A DNA stretch of 64,000 nucleotides, taken from positions 4,622,425-4,686,424 of the forward strand of contig NW_003526941.1 in NCBI RefSeq assembly GCF_000181795.1, read 5' to 3'. Below, piece by piece: positions 14,812 through 25,920 of this stretch. This DNA is from Trichinella spiralis (taxonomy: Eukaryota). A program made the position numbers and the translations under genes. The notes beneath the pieces were generated by a model. The model had not been told where the DNA came from. It saw only the letters and a list, made by a program, of their open reading frames with translations, and ran no database searches. Within the stretch, counting starts at the first letter, position 1. Every line of letters starts with the position of its first letter.

Positions 14812-15546
14812 ATGGCGGATAATTATAATAATAATAATAATAATGTGATCGGAACGGTGAAATCAAGATGGTCAAATTTACACGGCGGTATGGAATTGAC
14901 CAGTGATTCTTGGTTCGTCAATGAACAGCAAAAGCAGCAGCAGCAGCAGCAAATTCAATCAGTTCGACGATTTTTGTACGAAAAAGAAGACAGTGGAGAT
15001 TCGAATTTCGTCCGCTGCTATTACAGTGACATGAACAATAATTATGTTCGGTAAATGTGATGATCAATTCATTTATAAAAAAACATACCTACATGTATAG
15101 TTATTAATTATATTTGTGAAGATGTGAAAAGCAGTTCGGCTGTTGTGACACTGGATGCTGTCCTGCTGTTGGTCAGTTTGAATGGTAATTTCAATTTTTT
15201 AAATTATAATGTTAAAGAAAATAAATAAATAAATAAATATATATGTATGATCTGTTGAAATTATGCATATTGTTTTTCAGTCAAATATTACCTTTCTTTT
15301 TCAATTTTGAACTGTTTCAGGTTGTCCGGAGTATACGTATTGATCGCTTTCGTTGTTCTGATTGTTGCAGTTTGCCTGGTCGCCGGTATTGTTTGCTATC
15401 AAAGAAGCAAATCGAAAGCACTGAAACAAGCCAACGCATACGATCAGTACGCGCAGAGCCATTATACTGCCTATCCATACCAGTATCCCGCATTTCACTC
15501 GGACATGATGCGTGGAACGAATTCTCATTTCGGTCTCATGTACTGA
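14812..15546 (+). CDS. Cysteine-rich single-pass membrane protein (Shisa-like / WBP1-VOPP1-TMEM92-type)
   Basis: Three in-phase exons 14812-15050, 15122-15184, 15321-15546. Spliced product: ...RCYYSDMNNNYVRCEKQFGCCDTGCCPAVGQFEW, then TM LSGVYVLIAFVVLIVAVCLVAGIVCY, a basic stop-transfer segment and a Tyr/Pro-rich tail (YPYQYP). Confidence 0.8.
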
Positions 15547-16098
15547 CTGATATGATAAAATAAATAAAGAAATAAACTAATTGATAAAATCAAAACAACA
15601 ACAACAACAGTAGAAAAGAATAATAATAATAATCTCATAATCAATCGTGCTCAGTCTGAAAAAAATTTTTGTTTTTTGCTTTTATTTATATTTAACTGTT
15701 TATTATTCATTTATTTGGATTATTCAGTTCTTTAATCCGAGTAAACAACTTTGGTTGAACAAATGATTGGTTGGGTTGACACGTAAATAATAAAAAGAAA
15801 AGCCAGTAATGAAAAAACAATGGGAAAAACATTTTTCTGCAATAAATAAAAACAACATTATTACACTCGTATATAACACATATACATACGCATATGTATT
15901 ATAATTTTTTTTCTTTCTTCAAACTTACATATGAAACTGAAATAATTTCTAATCGACTAAATTGTAGTAAAAAAGTGAAATGATATATTTTACAAAACAA
16001 AAACTGGAAATTTGTGCATATAATAAATTTTTTTTTACAAATTACATTACAGTATACTGTGTGTATGCGTGTGGAGAAGATATGATGCAATGGGGTTG

Positions 16099-16370
16099 TT
16101 AAAAAGCCGCTCTTCGACGTTTGCGCCCGTTCAATTTTTCATGATCACGCAGTTTGAGGTGTTCCAATTGCTGTTGGCAAAATTTCGACAATCGTTCACC
16201 GCAAGCGTAAACTTCCGTCTCAGCTTCGTTGTACTGCCGGCAGTTGGAAAACATCAACTGAGCATCTCGAACCATATCGCTGACACTGGAATATTCGTGT
16301 CTCAAAAGTCTCATCTGTATAGTGTGCAAATCCATCGGCTGTTCAATAACATCATAATAATCAGGTGCCT

Positions 16371-16404
<34 letters not shown>

Positions 16405-19400
16405 TTGCGTGTTTTTTCTTTAACATCTCAAAAAAAGCGTACTTCTCGTCTGGATACGGGTTTCAAAAATGGCCAAGCGTCGGGATGTTCAACCAGTCGA
16501 CTGATGCAAGTGTTGCAACGGGATTCGACGTCCGACTGCTGTTCGACCCTTTGTTTTTTATCAATTGTGGTGCGCTTTTTCAAACGGCCATTGTTTTTCG
16601 GTTTTCTTTTTTGAGTCAAACCATTCGAATCGCAATTTCCAGCCGATTGTACTGTAATTCCATTGGGACTAGAAAAGAGAGAAAATTCACAAATAATATC
16701 TCTACATGATGTTCATTATCATCAAAAAAAATTACCTTTTAGCGATGAAAGATGAAGAAGCAAATGGTGGAGATATGTAGCCGCGCAATGGACGTCCAGA
16801 TCTGGACAATTTCAGTTGGGAATTTTTACCATTGACGCCGTTCGGAATTTGCGGTTTGCAATTTTTACAAAGCCAACTGGCGACTGCAATTTCCGACTTT
16901 TTCACTCCCACGCACCGAGTGTGAAACGACAAAGCGCAATTGGAGCAATGAATCCGTTGTTTGATGTGTCGAATGACGGTAGTACAATTGGAACATATTG
17001 AAAAAGTATCGCTGAAAATTAAAAAAAAATTTCACATTTAAATTCTCCCCACTGTTGTTGTTGTTGTTTACCTTTTTTGAACTTCTTTCTCCTGCTCTTG
17101 GTGATTTCGTCTTCCTTCTTCCACTTCGACTTCGACTTCCATTTCCATTTCCGTTTCGTCAAGTTCAGCTTCAGTTTGAGCTTCAACGCCGCCAGCCGTC
17201 GTCGTTTTCTTTCCATTCCAATCTTGCTGTTTTTTGCACAAAAAACATATCCAACCTTCGGTCGGTAATGTCGACAAAGACGGCTTCGAACAGCCCAAGT
17301 GAACCGCGCGGCCGCAGTCGTTGCAGACGGCCAAATTGTTCATGTCGCCCTTGCGACGGCACTTGCGGCAACGCATGTTCAAAATCGACTTGCGCCAAGT
17401 CAACTGTTTGTCCAAAGTCAGCAAGTGCAAATGCAACGACGAATACGAGGCGCAATTGTCCAACGACTGTTTCCACAAATTCAGGCAAGTCAATTCTGGG
17501 GAAAATTATTTGAATATAAAATTCAACAACAATTTTTCAACGCACACACACACAAAAAAAAATTACTTTCCGCCGAATCGATCGTCGACTGGCCGTCGAC
17601 AGAACTGCTGCTGCATTGGACAGCCGAATCGTCTGCAGAGGTCGTAGTTGTCGGGACGCAGTTATGATGATTAGGCGCGGTCAACTTCTTCACCGGACGA
17701 GTTGAGAAATTTTCCATAAATTTACAATCGACCGTGTCGACCAGTTCGACCAACAGTCGCGCCAGACAATTCGCCGACAGTCGCCGTCCACCGCCACCGC
17801 CGCCGCCGCCGTCGGTGTTGTCGTCGTCTTTGTCTTCCAATTGTTCGCGCCAACGTTGCCGATCGGCCAACTGGAAATCGAATTGTGATGAAAAACAGAA
17901 ACAAAAAAAAGAAGAAAAAAATCCATCTCACCGGCGCCACCTGCATGCGACTGTAGAAAAGACGATTTTCAAAGTCGAGCAACGACAGACGAAACGCCCG
18001 CTCGACGACCAGTTCCGAGTCGACTGGCGGCTCGACCGTCAAAGCGGTCGGCGGTTCGGACTGGCCGTTGCTGAGCGTGTCGTCGAACGAGGCGAACATT
18101 TGCACCAGTTGACCTTTGAACAGCAACAAATTGGCCGCCAGCTCGGCTTCGCGCTCGCCGCGCCGATTCAAACTGCGCAACAAAGCGTTCAGAGTGTCCA
18201 AATCGTGAAACAGGTGCCAGCAGGGTTCGGGAGTCGGCTGGTCGACGTTGGGGGCGGCGCCACCGGCGCCAACGTCGACGGTGGTCTCGACGAGCACAGC
18301 GCCGACCGAACGAACAAAGTAGTAGCGACGGCAGTTACGGTCCTGGCCGAGCAGACACATGCCGACGGTGGACTGGAGTTCGAACAGGTCGAACAACGCG
18401 CTGCGGTAGAGCTGGTTGAACAGGTGGCGCCGCAGCTTGCGCACCAGCTCCACCTGGTCGGCGGTTTGCAGTTCGTCGAGTCGAGCCGACGTCAACGTTT
18501 CGACGAAATCGCTCAAATCCACATCGTCGCTCAGCGGACGGTCGACAAACGACTGGAATCTCTTCAACAAGCTGCTCAACTGATGCTGTTCCTCTTCGAC
18601 CACTTCGACCTGCTGCTGGTGCTTGGAATTTGCCGCCGCCGCTCGTGATCGTTCACCGCAGCGCAGGGTCGATTTCAAAAAGCAAATCATTTCACGTTCG
18701 ACGCCACCGTTAGGCATCTTCTGACGTAGCAAGTCGAATCGAATCGACCGCACCCGTTCGTTGCTGTTGTCCAACAACTGGCGGAACAGTTGAAAAGTCA
18801 GCAACTGGTCGCGCAATACCAACAACAAATCCAGACGGTCATCCGGCTTCAAGTCGTAAATTGAAATTTGCCTCAAACTGGAGATCAGTTCGGGTCGTTG
18901 GATGGCAAAATTGAAAGCCTGGTCGTCGTAACTTTTGAAACTGCCGCGGTGCATTGCCCGAAAACGACCATTGCGACTACCCGTGAAATGACCGCTCGAT
19001 TCGAAATAAATACGCACCACTTCGGACAACGTGTAACCGTCGATGGGCAAGCGATAAACACTGACGCCTGGGAGAAGAAGAAAAAACAATTATTACATCG
19101 CTAAACTGCAGCATTTCATACCGTGGGTATTGCGCATCTCTTTGAACGTCTCTGTCGCTTTTTCCATTTTGGGCAAATAAAATTTGTATTCAATTTCAGC
19201 ACTGTCCAGCGTTGCGGTTTCTTCACTTTTCAAAAGTTTCACATCATCACCATCCTCTTCGCACTGACGTTCGAAAACAACAGTCAACAAGTAGCACAAC
19301 AGTTCGGCAAAAATCCCCTCCGGATCCGAGTCCAACGTCGCCTTGTACAACATCGACAACGAAACCCCTTCGGGAAAATAGTCCCTCAGTTGGATTCGAT

Positions 19401-21983
19401 TGCCGTGCTGGTGCAAAAAATCCAACAACGACAAATAGTCGCCAAAACGAGCCGGCGAGACGTGCTTGGGCAAATTCACCGCAGTCAAAGTGGGAAATTC
19501 GACCTGATCGTCGTCGTTCAACAGCAACAAATCGTCCCGCACTTTGCGGCATTTGGGATTATTTTTCCGCTGACGCTTTTTATTCTCCTTCTTCTGCAGA
19601 CGACACTTGAACAAATTAACACCAATTAAAAAAAATTCCAAAATCCAATCCAATCCAATCCAATCTTACTTGCTCTTTTGCTTTCTTTATCAAAGCTCGA
19701 ATATTACGAACGTCCATTTCGGTCACTGCCAAACCTTTCGACAAACGCTCTTTGAGTTCGGCTCCAATGTCAACTTGATATCTGTCCACCTCGATCCACA
19801 TGAGAGACAATGCTCTGTGCTGCTTTGCACTATTGTCTTCACCCAAATCTTCGGCATCGTCCTCCGATTCGTCACTCTCACTTGGCGCCTGCCGTTCGTT
19901 GCAACTCTTGTAAACTGACAAATCTGGCAACGGACCGCCGTATATTTTATCCCACTCCAATTTTGCAACCTCATGTCGCTCTGCGATATCATCCTGAAAA
20001 CAATTTCAAATTGTAATCGAATTATCTCACTTATTTAATGAAATGAAAAAAAAAGAAAAAAAACATCGAAAAATTTCACATTTCTCGCTCACCTTCACAA
20101 CCCAAATATTCTCCTGAGAAGTGCAACAATAAGCACGCAAAAGTGCATAACATTCTTCTTTGGAAAGAGGTTTTTTCCGACTAAACAAAAAAAATAAATA
20201 ATAATCAACAATTCGAAAAGTATCGACTTACAAAACTTTCGATTCATCGACACAACACAACAAAGTATTTCCAGTTAAACTTTCATTAGCCGCATCGTCG
20301 ATATTGTCAATGCTAAATTCGACAACATAAACCGCTCCAGTCCCTTTAGCACTGAAAAAAATATCTAGAAATAATCGTGAAGAAAATTATATTATTGAAA
20401 AATTTTTACCCAATTGAATTTTTTGAAACATTCATTTTATTCGCATCTTCACTAGGTGACGATGCAGCTTCCAAATTGTCATCTGACTTGTTCACAGTCT
20501 CAGGAACTGTAATGGATCTTACCACACCAGTTCTCCTAAAACAAGCAAAAAACAAAATAAAACATATTATTTGCACATCTATTTTTAAGGTTGACCAAAA
20601 ATAAAATAAAAATAAGAACAATAATAATTCAGAAAACTAAACAACGACACCACAAAGTTTACCTGATTATCATAGTACGGTAAAATAAAACTCAATCGGT
20701 GTCAACGAAATCAAAAAAATGCTACGTTCTACTGTAGTGAACGATAATCATCAAATAAATACAAATAAATCCATCAACTGTGCGACATTTTACAAGAAAC
20801 ATTTTGTAAAAAACAACAGCCGTCAATCCATTGGCTGTAGAAAGTTAAATACAGAAACAAAACAGTTTCAAGTTGAAGTTTGAAAAAGAAACAAAAGCAA
20901 CTTCAGCTCGAACGACTATAAACAGAAACTATGCCCATATCCTTTAAACCTAACTGTCGAAAAATTTGAAAACGGAATTAATTATGAGAAAAAACATTTC
21001 AATTGTCACAGTTCAACTATAAAGCCCATGCACCATATCATTCAGCATCTAACAGGTTTAATTTTACGCAAAATTGCAGTCACTGATGTGTTTCTTTTAA
21101 AGTAATAATTTAGCAGTTTCCTACACATAATGCAAAACTACAAAAATAAAATGAAATGAAAACGTGTAAGAATTTTGCAAATCACGTACACAGTTCGAAT
21201 AGAATTGATAGAGTGCATAAAAATTATAAACATACCTGTTTCCTGCATTATCAACAAAATGCGCCGTCTCGCCAACAAAAACATGAGAGGAGATGAAGCT
21301 GTGTATCATACCCACAACATCGCACAGTTTCACTTTTGCAGTTAATTTAACAAGAAAAAGAATTGCCTTAATCAATTCTTCAGCGATATTATCAGGTGGA
21401 GCGCAAACTGCAAGCTCTGATTTCAATGCAGCCTTAAAAGTTTGATAAAATAAACAATAAAAACATAAACCTAACAAAAATATCAAATACTGAATCAAAA
21501 AATATTACAGTTCATAAACATACAGCAACAAAATACATCCGTACAAATACAAAAAAATACTTAAACTTACAAAGTTAAAAATTTATTATAAATTCTACTT
21601 AAAAATGCTTTTCAATTCATTCATTAAACCATTTTTTTTTCTTATCCTATTTATGTTTCGCTTAAAATTTGAGCTAGATACACACATATATGTATATATA
21701 TATACAGACAATGTATTTGCTTACCTCATATGTCAAACCTTCATCACCTGTAGCTGCACATGTCCAAACCAAGGAATTAAGTATCATAGTACGTTTAAAA
21801 TACTGCCTAAACATTTCAAATAAAGTATTGCAGTTAAATAATTAAAAATAAAATAACGTATCAATCATACTCAAAATCCCTGAACACTTCCTTTGTACAT
21901 GGACAATAAAACACCTTTTCATCCGGACGCAAATCGTCAGGGTGTGGAAAAAAACGTAAAGGTTCACCTTGCAGCAACGGCAT
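16099..21983 (-). CDS. BAZ1A: ACF1/BAZ1A-like ISWI accessory subunit (WAC-DDT-WHIM-PHD-PHD-bromodomain)
   Basis: 14 exons: 21983-21871, 21806-21725, 21432-21236, 20535-20410, 20351-20232, 20180-20093, 19993-19670, 19593-19122, 19067-17932, 17870-17567, 17495-17072, 17011-16736, 16668-16443, 16368-16099. N-terminal WAC (MPLLQGEP..DLRPDEKVFYC..NSLVWTCAATG..LTYE), DDT (FGDYLSLLDFL), WHIM2 (LGQDRNCRRYY), two PHD fingers, bromodomain (AWPFLKPV..APDYYDVIEQPMDL..NCRQYN). Confidence 0.95.
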
Positions 21984-23659
21984 TGATAACAATTTCACAA
22001 TATTAAAACAATTTTCAGAAAATTTTCTTAATCGTAGGCAACGAAATTATTTATTTATGATGCTTCTAAAATACAAAGCAAATTTTGCCACACTGATAAA
22101 AATACAGTAATAACAGTCTCTCAACAATCATTTTCCAGCGACTTTCTAAATTTGTCAGGTTAACATTGCTTTAGACTTTCAGTATTCGCCTTCTTTCTTG
22201 ATCTTCAAGTTTTAATTCACAAAATATATCAACTTTAATATATTCAATAAAAATAAAAAAGCAACAAAATATAATATTCAAAATATCAAAAATATTGTAA
22301 ATTATACTGTATGTATTTAGTTAACTGTCCAGAAAAATAAAAATAACAGTCACATACTACAGTATGTCAAAAATTCAAGCATGATTAAACCAGCAAAATC
22401 GTTCAACAACTGCTCAAATTACTATATAAAAAAATTTTTTGCTAAAATTTTTGATGAATTTTATAATAAATACTTTTTTTTCTTGCATTACATAACGTAA
22501 TTTGAAACTTCATAATGTTCATACTGTTGCTTATTTGTGTGATGTAGTTACCAGAAGTATTTTTTCGATTACAATATGAGCTTGAAATGAATATTTATTT
22601 TTATTTATTTTTATCACAGCATTTATTATTATTGATTAGAAAAAATAACATTCGAGTTCAGAATTTTCAATTTGAATACAAATGATTCTTATAAACAACG
22701 CCAGAAAAATAATCGACTGTAATACGTAGTGAATGTGAGTGAGTATATTTGGAGAAAAAAGGTTGAGAAAAGTTAAACCTGCTCATTGCCAGCTGCGTGT
22801 TCACCAGGTTTTTGCTATTTATATTAAATTTATGAGCAAACAAAATAAAGCAATTTCAAAACAAATAATTTTTTACAGTTCAAAATTTTTACATGTTTAG
22901 CATATGAAACTACCTAATTCATAACAACAGTTTTGTTTAAATGAATGTTCATTGGTTTTTTGAATTCAAAGCAAGCTTCATCCTAACAGAACGTTTCAAT
23001 ACGCTACAAGTAATGCGTAACATGTTTTACAAGTTCACCATTTCACGAAAATTATACACAATATTATTTGTTATGATGACTTTGAAAACAATAACAACAA
23101 ACCAAAGTGTTACGCTGGCTGCTGTACATCGCAAACGACAAGTAATTCAAAAAATGTATACCTATACTACTCTAATTGATGGCAAAATATTGCCATCACA
23201 ATTAATATTCAAATTTAACAAATCTGACCGGATTTTACTGCAACACTATTTACTTTATTGGGCAGGTTGCAACGTGTTAAGAATGATGAACCACTATCAG
23301 AATTACTGACGTATCATCGTTTTGTTTATATATACCTGATTATCAATTACTGTTTGACGATAAGCACTCGAGCTAGCGAGCAAAATTAGTTGAATTGTAT
23401 CAAACTTTTCTGAAATTTATCAATGCTTTTAGAAATGTTGTATAGCGCAACTTCAATCGAGACAGTGGTGTTTGCCTTTTTACTGTACACTGTAGATAGA
23501 TAAATCAGTTTTCTAAGTTGATATATTTGATTAGTGTTGAAATTTGTTTAACTTTTCCATGTTGTAGTAGCTTCGCATGGGTGATGAGTGAATTGTTCAA
23601 ATTTTATTATTCTTTTGATCAATTTCAACCAATTCGAATCTCTTTCCAGGATCATCATT

Positions 23660-23854
23660 ATGTATTTGTATTACTACATAAACGAAAACGGCGACCGTGT
23701 GTACACTTTGAAAGCAAAAGATCCAGCTGGCCGATTGACATTATCTGCTCACCCGGCAAAGTTTTCTCCGCAGAACACATTTTCACAGCAAAGAATTTTA
23801 ATCAAGCGACGTTTCAATCTTCTTCCAATGCAAGAAAAAATTAAACAAATTTGA
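23660..23854 (+). CDS. NOP10: H/ACA snoRNP subunit NOP10 (64 aa, CDS uninterrupted)
   Basis: [42 protein letters not shown] matches the Nop10 signature. A TTTCCAG acceptor lies about 10 nt upstream of the ATG and AATAAA at about 23878. Confidence 0.96.
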   Translation: MYLYYYINENGDRVYTLKAKDPAGRLTLSAHPAKFSPQNTFSQQRILIKRRFNLLPMQEKIKQI

Positions 23855-25194
23855 ATGTTTCGTTTTAGTAAAAACTGAATAAAAGTTTACATTTGCCTTT
23901 TCCGTTTCCATCAACTGTCATCAATGTGCTTGTGTCTCTTGCCAATTATGTTACTTTGTTGCCATGTGCGCATTTCAAATTTACATACGTACGAATATTT
24001 CAGGCGAAATAAACGATACTTTTCATCTATAAGTGAATTAATTAAATGGTAAGTGGATTTTTGTAGAAAAAGCGATGAAACAATTATGGATAACTTTTCC
24101 ATATTGAAAATGCTTCATAGGCAAAAATTTTCGGTGATTTCAATTGTGACATTTCATAAGTGTTTTAATTTAGTTTTGGCAAGCACGTAAAAGAGTTCGA
24201 CAGTATTTTCGATCGTTCCAACCTGAAGATTATCGGACAAAATTGAAACTGATGCATCACGCACGTTTGTGGTATTTCGCCCTAGCCTGGGGTGGGTTGG
24301 GGATGTTTCTGTTAGGACTGCGAGAAGCAGGAAACTCAGCAAAAGTTTCCGAACAATAAGAAACAATTCTATCACTTATATGCATAACAACTATGGATTT
24401 TTTCTTCTCTTTGTGAACTAATTAAAATTCTGTTTCCAAAAAAAACAAATGCAATAAAAATTATCCACCGAAGAAGAAAAAGAAGAAGAAAGAGCTAGCA
24501 TTTTTGTGATGCGTAAAGAGACAGACATTCAATGTGAATCATATTTTCCTCCAATAGCAGTAGGGTAAAATTTTCATTTACTAAACATTACAGTGTGACC
24601 GAAAATGATTACTGAAAAGTGAAGAAAATTTTCACTTTGTAAACGGAATAAAATGTGAATACAATTTGAATTTGAAACATTGAAATTAAAAAAAATGTGA
24701 AATAGCACGCATGCATATAAAAGTACTGAAAAATTAAAAAAAGAAAAACCAAATTCTTACTATATACTTAAAAAAGACTTTTCAAGGCAATTCGACCAAT
24801 TCTATTCACAAAATAACAGTAACTGAAAATAAGGTACTTCCGGCACATTTACTGTGTACCATGACACCTAACATGATTTGTCGTGTTTGGCAATTAATTG
24901 TACGCAATGAAATTTGAATTTTTTAATCTAAACCAATTGTAAACAGATATCTAATGACAGTGCACATTTTGTGGATGAAATATTGAATCCAAGCAGACAG
25001 AGTTTAGTGGATTGTGCTAAAAATTTTATTCCCAAATGTTTTCACTTGAAGAACACCTTGGTTGAAAATTTATACGTGGAAAAAGTGATGAGAAAAGTTT
25101 GAAAGCAAAGAAAATAAAGAATGCTAAAACCAACTGCATCCATCCAATCAACTCGTCTTACGAGAAACGTATTACGTTGAAAAATGCAATATAT

Positions 25195-25920
25195 TCACTT
25201 TGTTTCGAATTGCAGCTGGCCCGCATGTCTGGAAGCAATGTGACGGTCGAGATCCCTTTTCCTGACCAACAATTTGCCGCATATTGTACATTGAAGATTG
25301 GACTGGCCTTTGGTTTGGATTTGGTGCAGTCTGGTGTGCTTGTTCAAGTTGCTCGGATCGCCGAAGGCGCGGTTGCAAATTTTGCACTGCAACGGCTTGA
25401 AGCCGGTGTGGGTCCGCAGGTGGATTTTCAGGCCGTACTTTCTCGAGTAGAGTTTGCCGCAGTAGATGCATCGGTGCCCTTGGGCAGTTTTGCCCAGGGT
25501 CGTGGCCACAAGTTCAACCGTATTTTTCGATACCTGGCCGAACTGTGCCAGCTGTATCGTCGCTTGATGCTGTTGTTGATGGGGCAGATGTTGAAAAGTT
25601 TGCTGAACTGGTAGCAACGCTTTGACAATTTCCACTCCATTGCTACCGTAGTAGGACGACGGGCGGCTTCTCACATTATTATTATTATTATTATTATTGG
25701 CTAAACACGCGTATATTTCGACGGGATTTTTCACGGCTGGCAAATTTTTCGTCTCCTCCTCTTCAACATGTTTGTCCAACCAGGGTCGAAATAATCCATT
25801 TCTGTCCGTCTTCACAGCCGATTTACTTTGAAAATTCACCTCAGCTTCATTCAATCTTCCACAACCATGATACACTGGTTGACGGATCCACATCAACAAA
25901 GATGGTTGGTAGATTCGCAT
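25195..25920 (-). CDS. PRDM13: PRDM13-like C2H2 zinc-finger transcription factor (three fingers; upstream exons unresolved)
   Basis: HRCIYCGKLYSRKYGLKIHLRTHTGFKPLQCKICNRAFGDPSNLNKHTRLH is the characteristic PRDM13 finger pair, followed by a third finger CTICGKLLVRKRDLDRHIASRH. A TTTTCAAG acceptor lies 2 nt before the ATG. Confidence 0.85.
   Translation of the reverse strand: MRIYQPSLLMWIRQPVYHGCGRLNEAEVNFQSKSAVKTDRNGLFRPWLDKHVEEEETKNLPAVKNPVEIYACLANNNNNNNNVRSRPSSYYGSNGVEIVKALLPVQQTFQHLPHQQQHQATIQLAQFGQVSKNTVELVATTLGKTAQGHRCIYCGKLYSRKYGLKIHLRTHTGFKPLQCKICNRAFGDPSNLNKHTRLHQIQTKGQSNLQCTICGKLLVRKRDLDRHIASRHAGQLQFETK

Noticed and set aside
17055..19629. Long plus-strand ORFs (for example 17734-18648, 304 aa)
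   Set aside because: Antisense shadows of the GC-rich ACF1/BAZ1A exons, with no independent domain or splice support.
25099..25614. 171-aa plus-strand ORF
   Set aside because: Typical antisense frame of C2H2 zinc-finger coding sequence.
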